Source: a virus. From it: a DNA stretch of 52,077 nt. The stretch spans positions 1-52,077 of the IMG/VR virus record IMGVR_UViG_3300010348_001338; one strand, 5' to 3'. This document shows, one piece after another, positions 40,198-49,403 of this stretch (the stretch's first letter is position 1; each line of letters begins with the position of its first letter). The notes beneath the pieces are model-generated. The model searched no databases, was not told where the DNA came from, and saw only the letters and a list, made by a program, of their open reading frames with translations. The position numbers and the translations under genes are program-made.

Positions 40198-41760
40198 ATG
40201 GACGTCACTTTCTCCCACGACAGACGAACTATCCTGCTCAGACCCGAATTCGGGGAGGCTCCTAGATATCAACGGGATCTTCAGGACCTGGGAGCACGAT
40301 GGTTGAAGTCTTCCCGATGTTGGTCTATAGCTAACATAAAAGCTAATCGTCTTCATCTTGAAAAGCTCTTCCCTGAAATAGCAGAACTTGAAGCAGCTTC
40401 TCCAAGACCCGTACGAGAAGATATCATTCGAAATCTGAATCCCTTCTTGACTGATTATCAAGTTCGAGGAATTGATCGTTTGATCTCCTCTGAACTCCCA
40501 GGCATGCTCCTCAACTTCTCTCCTGGGCTCGGGAAGACAGTCACAGCCCTGGTTGCGGCACAGATGCTTGAAGCTCAGAGAGTACTTATCATCACTCCCA
40601 GAACTCTTACAAGCACTTGGATTGATCAAGCCCAGAAGTGGCTTGGTATCAAGCTCTGGGATCTGTATGCTAAGTCTGCTCGATCAGGCTGGTCAGTCAC
40701 GACGTACGAAACTCTTTGGAACACGACTCAGCGTAGAACATACGAAGACATCCCTTGGGATATCATTATCTGCGATGAGTCGTCACGATTGATTCGTGCT
40801 GGTACGAAGACAAGCAAGTCTGTCGAGAAGCTCACCCAATCTACCAAACGTCTTTGGTTGCTCTCGGGAACTCCAATCCGTAAGTACGTAGATGATCTCT
40901 GGAATCAATTCAGACTCATCTTCCCTCAAGCTTTCAAAAGCTACTGGAGATTCGCTGAGCAGTACTGCTATATAGACTCTTCCCTCTGGGGCCCAGTAGT
41001 GGTAGGGTCCCGAGATCTGGACTTCAGGGAAACCTTTTCGGATATCATGATCGTCGAGAATTCATCGGAGGTGCTTGATCTCCCAGAGGCAAGGATCGAA
41101 GTACTGAAAATCCCGTTAGGTAGGGAGCAATCCGAGGCCTACTCATCGATGCAGGAGCTCTTCATAGCTGAGCTCGATAGTCACAAAGTTGAGGCCAAGA
41201 ATCGTATGTCCCAGATAGTTCGACTCCTTGAAATCTCTTCGAGTCTATCTAATGTTGACCTCGGGCTAGAATCTTCAAAGCACGATGCTATCGTGGAGAT
41301 GCTCTCCGAGAAGTCAGTTCAGTTCCCCCTTCTTATCTGGGCCTACTGGCGTCAAGGGGCTGCACAGCTATCCCAGAGACTTTCTAAGCTTGGGTTTCAG
41401 AACGAGCTTGTTCTGGGAGGGCATCACGATCCAGCAGGTGCTGTTGAGAGGTTCAAAGAAGGTGACTTCCCGATTCTTATCATGAGCCCGGGTGTTGGCA
41501 AGTTTGGCTTGACAATGACGAACATAAATACGATGATCTATCTCGACAAGACTTTCGACATGGAAGCTTACGTCCAGACGATGTATCGTTTTCGAAGGTT
41601 GGGTCTCGATCACTCAGTTCGTGTGATTTCTCTCGTAGCTGAGGGGACAGTCGATGAGCTCGTAGCCGATAATCTAGCAGGCAAGTCGATTGATCTCAAT
41701 CGCATCTCGAATGAAGACTTGTCAATTCTATTGACGAGTCTGGGAAGGAGTCAGTCGTGA
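40198..41760 (+). CDS. SNF2-family helicase / DNA-dependent ATPase
   Basis: DYQVRGIDRL, motif I SPGLGKT, motif II IIICDESSRL, and a helicase-C region. ATG 40198 is preferred over the TTG at 40141, but the RBS is weak. Confidence 0.8.
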   Translation: MDVTFSHDRRTILLRPEFGEAPRYQRDLQDLGARWLKSSRCWSIANIKANRLHLEKLFPEIAELEAASPRPVREDIIRNLNPFLTDYQVRGIDRLISSELPGMLLNFSPGLGKTVTALVAAQMLEAQRVLIITPRTLTSTWIDQAQKWLGIKLWDLYAKSARSGWSVTTYETLWNTTQRRTYEDIPWDIIICDESSRLIRAGTKTSKSVEKLTQSTKRLWLLSGTPIRKYVDDLWNQFRLIFPQAFKSYWRFAEQYCYIDSSLWGPVVVGSRDLDFRETFSDIMIVENSSEVLDLPEARIEVLKIPLGREQSEAYSSMQELFIAELDSHKVEAKNRMSQIVRLLEISSSLSNVDLGLESSKHDAIVEMLSEKSVQFPLLIWAYWRQGAAQLSQRLSKLGFQNELVLGGHHDPAGAVERFKEGDFPILIMSPGVGKFGLTMTNINTMIYLDKTFDMEAYVQTMYRFRRLGLDHSVRVISLVAEGTVDELVADNLAGKSIDLNRISNEDLSILLTSLGRSQS

Positions 41761-42152
41761 TCACAGTAGTTGCATTCGATCCCGGTATTTCAACTGGAAT
41801 GGCAATCTATGATGGGACAACTGAACTCACTTTCACTCTATCGGTTGCAGAGGTGACGACCCAAGAATATTTGAAGATTCTATCAGAGTCGACTCCCCAC
41901 TACTCTACAGCCATCGAGTTCGTCCCTATCCCTACTCCCAGCAAGATGAATCAGACCTTGCTCACAGTTGTTTCACGGCTGTGGGTTGATTTTCCCAAGG
42001 CTGAGATCTTCCTGCCAGGTACCTGGAAGACGTCGTCGATAGCTCGACTAGAATCTTCTGTGCCTAAGAATCAACACGAGAAGGATGCATTGCACATCGC
42101 GATGTTCTATTATGATCGTCTAAGGAGAGAAAGAAATGAAGAGATCAGTTAG
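41757..42152 (+). CDS. RuvC-like Holliday-junction resolvase
   Basis: The N-terminus VVAFDPGISTGMAIYD fits the RuvC-fold D.G..tG pattern. GTG start follows GGGAAGGAG and overlaps the upstream TGA. Confidence 0.55.
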   Translation: MITVVAFDPGISTGMAIYDGTTELTFTLSVAEVTTQEYLKILSESTPHYSTAIEFVPIPTPSKMNQTLLTVVSRLWVDFPKAEIFLPGTWKTSSIARLESSVPKNQHEKDALHIAMFYYDRLRRERNEEIS

Positions 42153-43146
42153 AATTTCAGTATCGGATCTCCAGAGTTTTCATGCTTGTCCGAGATCTTG
42201 GTACTGGTACAGGAAGTATGGGGGTCCGAAGCTTCCAGAGATTCCACTTTTCCTAGGCTCGGGTGTCCATGCTGGACTCGAAGGCTACTACAGAAACAAT
42301 CGTTCTGCTGAGAAGGGTCTTGAAGCTTTCGAGGTTTGGCAGACAAGATCTGTCAGATCAATCGCAGAGCATTTGGGATCCTATTGGACGATCTCCCGTG
42401 ATCCATTCGAGAATGCAGTCAATCTAGCTCGGAAGATGCTAGCTAACTTCTTCGAGTATGATGAAGTAGAAAAGCCAGAGCTTCTCCAAGGCGAGATTGT
42501 CTCTGTTGAAACGAAGCTTGAGCACGAAATTCTGCCTGGTGTGACGATTGTGATGAAGTCTGACCTCGTTCTTCGTGATGGTCGTGGTCATCTATGGCTG
42601 GTCGATCACAAGACCTATTCTCGGGAGCCTGATGCACAAGCTCTAGATATCGATGATCAGCTGACAGCCTACGCGTATCTTCAGACAGTGTTGACTGATG
42701 AGATGCCGTATGGTATCCTTCACAATGTGCTCTTCAAGGCAGTGCCAGAGCCACCAGCAATGCTTACTCGAGGGGGCTTTTCAAAAGCGAAGTCTCAAGC
42801 GACGACTTATGCGATGTATATGAAAGCTCTCGAGGAGTCTGGGCTTGATCAAGAGCCTTATCAAGATATTCTAATGACCTTGAAGGCTTCTGGCTGGTCG
42901 ACTTACTTCCAGCAATTTTCGACGATGAGAAACTTTGAAGAGCTTCTCTCGTTTGAGACACGCTTGATGGCGAAAGTGTTCGATATTCTGAGGGCACTCC
43001 AAGCTCCCGATGTCTGGGCATTCCCAAATCCCAACCCTTTCCAGTGCAAGAGCTGTCCATTCAGAACAGCTTGCAAGTCTGCTAATGATGGAGGTGACTT
43101 TGAAGCTATTCTGAAGCAGAACTTTACAACGAAAAGTCTGTATTGA
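42136..43146 (+). CDS. PD-(D/E)XK exonuclease, Cas4/RecB-like with Cys cluster
   Basis: N-terminal Cys (FHACPRSWYW), core LWLVDHKTY, and C-terminal CKSCPFRTAC form the C...CxxCx5C arrangement. Confidence 0.7.
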   Translation: MKRSVRISVSDLQSFHACPRSWYWYRKYGGPKLPEIPLFLGSGVHAGLEGYYRNNRSAEKGLEAFEVWQTRSVRSIAEHLGSYWTISRDPFENAVNLARKMLANFFEYDEVEKPELLQGEIVSVETKLEHEILPGVTIVMKSDLVLRDGRGHLWLVDHKTYSREPDAQALDIDDQLTAYAYLQTVLTDEMPYGILHNVLFKAVPEPPAMLTRGGFSKAKSQATTYAMYMKALEESGLDQEPYQDILMTLKASGWSTYFQQFSTMRNFEELLSFETRLMAKVFDILRALQAPDVWAFPNPNPFQCKSCPFRTACKSANDGGDFEAILKQNFTTKSLY

Positions 43147-43150
43147 CCCC

Positions 43151-43179
43151 TTGATTTCTATCGAGAATTCATATATAAT
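43151..43179 (+). promoter_or_regulatory. Sigma70-type promoter, class B
   Basis: TTGATT (43151-43156), 17 nt spacer, TATAAT (43174-43179), then TAGATAAGAAAGGAG. Confidence 0.75.
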
Positions 43180-43201
43180 TAGATAAGAAAGGAGTAAACT
43201 T

Positions 43202-43933
43202 ATGCCACTGAGTAGAACCAAAACCCACAGACCATCGTTCCATAGGTATCTCAAGTCCCTGTTCTTCGGGTTTCCCGGAGCTGGGAAAACGACTTTCATC
43301 GGCACTGCTGCTGATGATCCCAGAACATCTCCACTTCTGATCCTGAACTTCGAAGGAGGTGAATCCAGCCTGGCCGGTCGAGATGTCGAAATAGCTGATA
43401 TCACGGACTGGAAGACGTATCACTCTGTGCTTGAGGAGTTGAAAGGCACTGGGCATGGCTTCAAAGCTGTTGCTATCGATAGCATCACTGAGACTCATAT
43501 CTTCAGCCTATTCGAAATCCTTGAGCAGGAAGAAGCGAATCGTAAGAATCCCGATCTCGTCGAGATTGGCGACTACGGCATTGCTTCCATCCAGCTTCGA
43601 CGTCTCATCCGCAACTTCCGTGATCTTGAGCTGCACGTCTTACTTACGGCCTTGGCCAAACAAGATGTAGAGCCGGGAGTGGGATCTGTTATCAAGCCTG
43701 CTCTTTCAGGCAAGCTTGCAGATGAACTTCCAGGCATCGTAGATGTTGTTGGCTACATTGCTGAAGTCGAGCTTGAAGACAAAAGTTCAGCTCGGGCACT
43801 GATCCTGAAAAACTACCCCAAGATCCGGGCGAAGATTCGTGTGCCCAAAGAGATGCTCAAGGATGTGCCTGATGAAATCATTGACCCGACGGTTACGTTA
43901 CTGATGGATGCTCTCAACTATCAGGAAGAGTAG
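43202..43933 (+). CDS. Sak4-like AAA_24 ATPase (RecA-like recombination protein)
   Basis: Walker A FGFPGAGKTT. Size and the following DUF669-like gene are typical of Sak4 modules. Confidence 0.7.
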   Translation: MPLSRTKTHRPSFHRYLKSLFFGFPGAGKTTFIGTAADDPRTSPLLILNFEGGESSLAGRDVEIADITDWKTYHSVLEELKGTGHGFKAVAIDSITETHIFSLFEILEQEEANRKNPDLVEIGDYGIASIQLRRLIRNFRDLELHVLLTALAKQDVEPGVGSVIKPALSGKLADELPGIVDVVGYIAEVELEDKSSARALILKNYPKIRAKIRVPKEMLKDVPDEIIDPTVTLLMDALNYQEE

Positions 43934-43962
43934 CCTCAGGATTTAGTACGAAAGGACCCCGA

Positions 43963-44538
43963 ATGAAGTACTCGTTCAACACCGCTGATGTGGAATCTGG
44001 GGGGTTGATCCCCGAAGGGAATTATCCCTTCATCATCAACTCTGTCCTGGCAAAACAGGCAGAAGATAAAGAGTATCCTTACCTCGAGTGGGAGCTCGAA
44101 ATTTCTGAAGGTGAGTTCGCTGGACGCAAGCGCCTCTTTCGCACGAGCTTGAGCCCGAAGAGCCTCTGGGTTCTCGTCCCTGCCCTTCAAGCCGTCGGTG
44201 CAATCGATCCAGATGGGGATCAGACAGTCGATCTCGAGATCGATGATGAGACTGGCACTCTGCTGGAGCCGAACCTGGTTGGGCTTTCTGGCATCATGGT
44301 CATCCGCCATGAAATGTATCGTGGACGTCCAGTGGCCCGTGTTGATGAAATCTTGAGCATGGATGATGAGATTGAGGAAGCTCCTCGCCAGCCAGTCAAT
44401 CGTGCAGTGCCTGCTCCACGCCCAACTCTGCATACTTCCAATTCTCAAGCTGCAATGCCTGCTCCGACTGCTCGCCCTGCGCAGCCAACTCAACCCCAGA
44501 CCCAGCAGTTCCAGCCGAAGAAGCTCAAGCTTCGCTAG
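43963..44538 (+). CDS. DUF669-like protein (SSB-like partner of Sak4)
   Basis: The N-terminus has the pattern G.IPEG.Y.....S...K. The tail is Pro/Gln-rich. Position after Sak4 supports the call. Confidence 0.55.
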   Translation: MKYSFNTADVESGGLIPEGNYPFIINSVLAKQAEDKEYPYLEWELEISEGEFAGRKRLFRTSLSPKSLWVLVPALQAVGAIDPDGDQTVDLEIDDETGTLLEPNLVGLSGIMVIRHEMYRGRPVARVDEILSMDDEIEEAPRQPVNRAVPAPRPTLHTSNSQAAMPAPTARPAQPTQPQTQQFQPKKLKLR

Positions 44539-44557
44539 GGCTGTAATCACCCCCTTA

Positions 44558-44583
44558 GAGAGTCGGGAGAAATCCCGACTCTC
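44558..44583 (+). terminator. 11-bp hairpin with GAAA loop, no U-tract
   Basis: GAGAGTCGGGA (44558-44568) pairs with TCCCGACTCTC (44573-44583). Confidence 0.35.
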
Positions 44584-44609
44584 ACCTTATACTTCAAGGA
44601 GTCACTGAA

Positions 44610-45038
44610 ATGCCAGGTCAACCTCCCGAATTCAAACAGCTTGGCCAGAAAGGTACGGAGTTCAAAGGCTTCGATACTTTCGACGCCCCGAAACTCACAA
44701 CTGAAGTCACCTTCAAGACGAACGAATTTACTTCCCTATGCCCTGTGACTGGGCAGCCGGATTATCAAACTATCACGATCTCTTATCTGCCAGGTGAGAA
44801 GTGTCTCGAATCTAAGAGCTTGAAGCTCTACTTGATGACCTTCCGTAATCGAGGAGCATTCTGTGAAGCTCTTGCAGCTGAAATCTGTGATGCTCTCTTC
44901 TCAGCGTTGAACCCGAAATATCTCTCAGTCAAGATCAATCAGAACCCCCGGGGAGGGATTGGTATCACGGCTGAAGCAGAGAAATCGAGGGAAGATGAGC
45001 AGTGGGGTCGTTTATCATTTAGTGGCGAGGTAGAATGA
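44610..45038 (+). CDS. queF: NADPH-dependent 7-cyano-7-deazaguanine (preQ0) reductase QueF, unimodular type
   Basis: Catalytic-Cys context FTSLCPVTGQPD, intact QueF motif ESKSLKLY, and PRGGI near the C-terminus. Confidence 0.85.
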   Translation: MPGQPPEFKQLGQKGTEFKGFDTFDAPKLTTEVTFKTNEFTSLCPVTGQPDYQTITISYLPGEKCLESKSLKLYLMTFRNRGAFCEALAAEICDALFSALNPKYLSVKINQNPRGGIGITAEAEKSREDEQWGRLSFSGEVE

Positions 45039-45736
45039 AAGCTGTAACTCTCTTATCTGGTGGTCTTGATAGCACGACTGTCACTGCAATGGCAGTTCGT
45101 CGTCACGGCGCTTCGAATGTTCTCGCTCTTTCAGTGGATTATGGACAACGTCATCAACGAGAGCTCTCATCTGCCAAACAGATTGCAGAGCGTCTGAAGA
45201 TCCATCATCGTATCCTTCACCTGCCGTCTCATCTCTTTCGTGGGGCTGACTCTACGTTGATCAATCCCACTCTTGAGACTCCTCACAAGACGTACAGACA
45301 GCTGGAGCTTGATCTTGGGGTCTCTCCGACGTACGTGCCCTTTCGAAACGCCATTCTGATCTCAATGGCTTCTGCGATTGCACTGATCGAGGAGGCTGAA
45401 GAAGTCTGGATAGGCACTCACGCTGAGGATGCACGGAATTGGGCCTACCCAGATTGCACACCGGAATTCAATGGTGCAATGTCGAATGCGATCTACGTCG
45501 GGACGTACATGAAGGTTCGACTCGTTACTCCCCTTCAGTGGATGATGAAGAAGGATGTCGTACGTCAAGCCTACAAAGTCGATACCCCCGTCGAGCTTAC
45601 CTGGAGTTGCTACGAAGGTGGCACCGTTGCTTGTGGGAAGTGCCCAACTTGCTGTGAACGTCTAGCAGCTTTCAATGCAGTTGGGTACGTCGATCCGATC
45701 CCGTACATTGACCGGGAGTTCTGGAAGCAAGCTTGA
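45035..45736 (+). CDS. queC: 7-cyano-7-deazaguanine synthase QueC
   Basis: PP-loop LLSGGLDST and C-terminal zinc site C...CGKCPTCCERL. Start is coupled to the queF stop (ATGA). Confidence 0.85.
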   Translation: MKAVTLLSGGLDSTTVTAMAVRRHGASNVLALSVDYGQRHQRELSSAKQIAERLKIHHRILHLPSHLFRGADSTLINPTLETPHKTYRQLELDLGVSPTYVPFRNAILISMASAIALIEEAEEVWIGTHAEDARNWAYPDCTPEFNGAMSNAIYVGTYMKVRLVTPLQWMMKKDVVRQAYKVDTPVELTWSCYEGGTVACGKCPTCCERLAAFNAVGYVDPIPYIDREFWKQA

Positions 45737-45742
45737 TCCTAG

Positions 45743-45787
45743 ATCTAGGGAGGCAAGCAGTTTCCTTGCCTCCCTAGATTTCTCTCT
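45743..45787 (+). terminator. Intrinsic terminator after queC (15-bp stem)
   Basis: ATCTAGGGAGGCAAG (45743-45757) pairs with CTTGCCTCCCTAGAT (45765-45779), followed by TTCTCTCT. Confidence 0.65.
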
Positions 45788-45802
45788 GAAAGCTATTATA
45801 AT
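45775..45802 (+). promoter_or_regulatory. Degenerate copy of the phage promoter overlapping the terminator's 3' arm
   Basis: TAGATT (45775-45780), 16 nt spacer (TCTCTCTGAAAGCTAT), TATAAT (45797-45802). The spacer matches the class A spacer minus one T. Confidence 0.55.
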
Positions 45803-45820
45803 AGCATGAAAGGAGACATC

Positions 45821-46687
45821 ATGAAGACGGCGTTAATCCTGCCAATCCCTAATCTGACACTAGCCGCTGGAAGATCATACCACTTGATCTTGAATCATCT
45901 GCTCGACTCCTTGACATATCGTTTGTTCTACACAGTTGAAGCTCTGAATGGTGGGTATGTAATCCTAGACAACTCTGCTCACGAGCACGGTAGTGGGGGA
46001 TCGATCTCCACTATCCTGCAGAACGGTCAGAAGCTGAAGGCGAAGGAGATCGTACTCCCTGATACACTCTTTGATGCCGATGTTACCATAGATCGAATCT
46101 CCGAGGCCATGGATTTCATACTGACAGAAGGCTCTGAGGTGTACAGTGAATATCAGCCACGTCTCTCCCTGGTAGCTCAGGGTAGCACCTACCCAGAGTG
46201 GGTCCGGTGCTTCAATGCTCTTCTACGAGCATATCTCTATCGCAAAGATCGATTTGACAGTCTAGGCTGCCCGGGTATCACGTTCAGTGTTTCGAAGGAC
46301 TACGATACGATGGGTGAATTCCCGGGAGGCTTGAAACGAATGCTCGAAGAGCATGTCCTGCCAGCGTCGACAGAGTTCGGGTTCCCGATTCATCTCCTAG
46401 GCTGGGGGAGAGCTCTTCACAACTATCAACCTATAGCTCGTGAATACGGGCATCTAATTCGGTCGATTGATTCGGCGAAGCCGATTGTGTATGGTTTGAA
46501 TGGCATCTTGCTTGATGAAACTCAGCTACATAAGACTCCCGAGTATCCCAAAAGATCACCCTCCTTCTTCTTTGACGCCATCCCCCTCGAGAGAATGTCA
46601 GCTGTAATTCATAACATCGATGTCTTCGATACCTTGGCCGGATCAGAGGGGAGTCTTTATGTTCGACCATTTGACGAAGTGCTATGA
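45821..46687 (+). CDS. Candidate DpdA-like DNA-guanine transglycosylase (context-based; family not verified)
   Basis: AAGGAG lies 5 nt before ATG 45821; the ATG at 45806 lies at or before the predicted transcription start. 288 aa, sitting between queFC and the DNA polymerase. The only motif hint is YVILDNSAHEHG. Confidence 0.35.
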   Translation: MKTALILPIPNLTLAAGRSYHLILNHLLDSLTYRLFYTVEALNGGYVILDNSAHEHGSGGSISTILQNGQKLKAKEIVLPDTLFDADVTIDRISEAMDFILTEGSEVYSEYQPRLSLVAQGSTYPEWVRCFNALLRAYLYRKDRFDSLGCPGITFSVSKDYDTMGEFPGGLKRMLEEHVLPASTEFGFPIHLLGWGRALHNYQPIAREYGHLIRSIDSAKPIVYGLNGILLDETQLHKTPEYPKRSPSFFFDAIPLERMSAVIHNIDVFDTLAGSEGSLYVRPFDEVL

Positions 46688-49403
46688 ATGTCCACTAGCT
46701 GAGCATAACTGCCCTAAAGTTTCTGCTGTAGGTCCTGAGAATGCCGAAATCCTGATCATCGGAGAAGCACCTGGGTCCAACGAGGTTATGCAGAGAACTC
46801 CCTTCGTAGGGGAGTCTGGGAAGCTTCTTCGATCAGTTCTTGAAATGGCAGGGGTTGATCCCAAGAAATGCTTCATCACGAACGCTGTGATCTGTCGCCC
46901 ACCCAACAACGATACTCCACGGCCTGAGGCTTGGCTAGCCTGCAGGGAACGTCTGATTGAGGAAATCAAGCATGTTCGCCCTAAGAAAATCCTGACTGTA
47001 GGCGGAGTTGCCTACTCAGCTTTGATGGGCTCTCCTGTCAGTCTCAGCATTACGAAGAATCGTGGGATTGGGCAGATGTTCAAGCTCGATTGGAACGTGC
47101 TTGATGAAGTTGTGGATGTTGACGATCATCTAGAGTCGTTTCTAGTTCCGACACTGCACCCAGCTGCTGTTTTGAGGAACCCGGATCAGTTTCGGGAGAT
47201 CGCAGAAGATATCCAGAAGCTAGCATCCCAGTCAGCACCACTACCCTTCCCAGACATCCAGACCTTCGTTTCACGATCGATCGAGGAAGCTCTAGGGTTC
47301 TTTGATGTCATCAGTGATGCTTCGATGGTTTCGATAGATTTGGAGACGACTGGACGGGATCCAATAACTGATGAAATCGTTACTCTGGGTCTCGGTGTCA
47401 AGAGCTCTGAGAAGGAGAATACAGGGTATTCATTCATCATTCGACGACGTCATCTCGACAGCATTGAAGTTCAGACTCGGTTACTTGAGTTCTTCTTCAA
47501 CTCTAACGCTCGCAAAGCTTTTCATAACCTGAAGTTCGATCTCCAATTTCTCGAAGTCTACTTTCATCAGAGATTGAGGATCAAGAACGTTACAGATACG
47601 ATGTTGATGCACTACGCTCTCGATGAACGTACGGGCAACTCCGTCCCTGGACATGGTCTGAAGAGCCTTGCTCGACGATACGATATCCCGGACTACCACT
47701 TTGCTTTCGACAACTTCTGGAATAATGTGAAAGCTATCGTCGAGGAGAGAGGCTGGAAAGGCCCGATTTGGGATATCGATGATGATCGCATCGAATGGGG
47801 CAAGTATTACGAGTATCACGGTCTAGATTGCTACATCACAGTCAGTCTCTGCGAAGATCTGTCAACTGAACTCGTTGAAGAGTCCCCCGAGCTTCTGAAT
47901 CTAGTCGACGATATCCTAGTCCCAGGCACTGTAGCCCTGGCCGAGATTGAGTTGAGGGGAACGAAGATAGATCCCGAGTATCTGAGGCAGCAGAAGGTAA
48001 TCCTTGAAAAAGAGATTGCAGAGCTTCGATCAATCTTTCTTGAAGCTGCTCGTGAGTTAGGCCTGCACGAAGATCCGATAGACTTTGATGTGGGCAGTGT
48101 CGCTGATATTGATAGATTAGCTAGTGTTTCAGAATCCCCGGAGACAGTTTGGGAGCTGTTTGGAAGTTATCGTCGAGCTATCAATCTCAATAAGCCCAGA
48201 CGAATTTCACGGGAGAAGACAGCGTTGCTCAAGCTTGCTGAAGATGCAGGTTTGTACAGCCCAGGACGAAAGTTCAATCCCTCTTCTACGGCAGATCAGA
48301 AGAAGTTCCTAGGACTGCTCGGTGTGCAAGCTGATATGACAGACAAGGACTCCCTACAGCTCATCCTTGAGGATCCTAGGCTGACAGACAAAACGAAATT
48401 CTTGATTGAGAAGATTTCGGAGTATCGACAGAAGACGAAATTTCTATCAACGTACATCATCGGTCTACTCGAGAAAGCTGATTCCCAAGGTTTCGTTCAC
48501 CCAGACTACCTGATCTTCGGCACGGCTACAGGACGTCTCTCCTGTCAAGAGCCTAATCTCCAGAACATCCCTACGTTGGCTGGGCCTATCGTGAAGAATG
48601 GGTTCATCCCCTCGGAGCCTGGGTGGGCGATCCTGAACGTTGACTACTCGCAGCTAGAACTTCGTGTTGCTGCTCTTCTAAGTCAGGATGCAAATCTAAT
48701 CTCGGCCTATCAGAATGAAGAAGATATCCATATCAAAGTAGCCGCTGCGATGTTCAAGAAGCCTCCCGAACAGATCACGAAGTTTGAGCGTTATCTTGCC
48801 AAGTACGTTGACTTTGGAGTAATCTATGGTCGAAGTGCTGAAAGTCTCGTTGATGGCTGGGAGATGGAGTACTACGTTAAGCAAGGTGGCAAACGTTGGA
48901 CACTCCCTGAAGCAGAAGTCTTCCTCAACTCATTCTTGAATGAGTTTGGAGGTCTCAAAGAGTTTATTAGCAAGCAGCATGATCTCGTGATTCAACAGCA
49001 CTACATTGAAACCTTGATGGGACGACGTAGACGATTTCCCTATATCTCCTGGAGCAACAAGAATTCAGTTCAGAGACAGGCTGTCAATAGCCCGATTCAA
49101 TCCTTAGCATCTGATTTGACGTTCACAGCCCTGACAAGACTCCACGAATCCCTAGATCCCGAGAAGTGTCGAATCCTATTCACTGTACACGACTCTATCG
49201 TATTTGAAGTTCGTCTGGATGCATTGTCTGAGAGTCTCACAAAGATCAAGTATGAGATGACTCAGAATATCCCAGTTTCATCGAACGTGCCTTTTCGAGC
49301 TGATGCTGAAGTTGGCTTGAGATGGGGAGAAGTTGAGAAAGTTACTCAGGAGATGTTAGAATGTCCAGAACGTATCCTCTCGACTGGTGGCTCGAAAGAT
49401 TAG
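46659..49403 (+). CDS. Family A DNA polymerase with N-terminal family-4 uracil-DNA-glycosylase-like domain and 3'-5' exonuclease
   Basis: UDG4 motifs IIGEAPG, FVGESGKLL and LHPAAVLRNP. Exo motif VSIDLETTG. Pol motifs DYSQLELRVAA, RRRFP...VNSPIQ and FTVHDSIVFE. ATG 46659 follows AGAGGGGAG. Confidence 0.85.
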   Translation: MFDHLTKCYECPLAEHNCPKVSAVGPENAEILIIGEAPGSNEVMQRTPFVGESGKLLRSVLEMAGVDPKKCFITNAVICRPPNNDTPRPEAWLACRERLIEEIKHVRPKKILTVGGVAYSALMGSPVSLSITKNRGIGQMFKLDWNVLDEVVDVDDHLESFLVPTLHPAAVLRNPDQFREIAEDIQKLASQSAPLPFPDIQTFVSRSIEEALGFFDVISDASMVSIDLETTGRDPITDEIVTLGLGVKSSEKENTGYSFIIRRRHLDSIEVQTRLLEFFFNSNARKAFHNLKFDLQFLEVYFHQRLRIKNVTDTMLMHYALDERTGNSVPGHGLKSLARRYDIPDYHFAFDNFWNNVKAIVEERGWKGPIWDIDDDRIEWGKYYEYHGLDCYITVSLCEDLSTELVEESPELLNLVDDILVPGTVALAEIELRGTKIDPEYLRQQKVILEKEIAELRSIFLEAARELGLHEDPIDFDVGSVADIDRLASVSESPETVWELFGSYRRAINLNKPRRISREKTALLKLAEDAGLYSPGRKFNPSSTADQKKFLGLLGVQADMTDKDSLQLILEDPRLTDKTKFLIEKISEYRQKTKFLSTYIIGLLEKADSQGFVHPDYLIFGTATGRLSCQEPNLQNIPTLAGPIVKNGFIPSEPGWAILNVDYSQLELRVAALLSQDANLISAYQNEEDIHIKVAAAMFKKPPEQITKFERYLAKYVDFGVIYGRSAESLVDGWEMEYYVKQGGKRWTLPEAEVFLNSFLNEFGGLKEFISKQHDLVIQQHYIETLMGRRRRFPYISWSNKNSVQRQAVNSPIQSLASDLTFTALTRLHESLDPEKCRILFTVHDSIVFEVRLDALSESLTKIKYEMTQNIPVSSNVPFRADAEVGLRWGEVEKVTQEMLECPERILSTGGSKD

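Noticed and set aside
40012-40629. 205-aa minus-strand ORF overlapping the DUF932 3' end and the SNF2 5' end
   Set aside because: It overlaps two well-supported + strand genes and has no promoter copy on the minus strand; the only one of those is at 30939-30967.
42871-44550. Minus-strand ORFs of 177, 109 and 204 aa antisense to the Cas4-like, Sak4-like and DUF669-like genes
   Set aside because: Same reasoning as above: they lie antisense to motif-bearing genes and have no SD or promoter.
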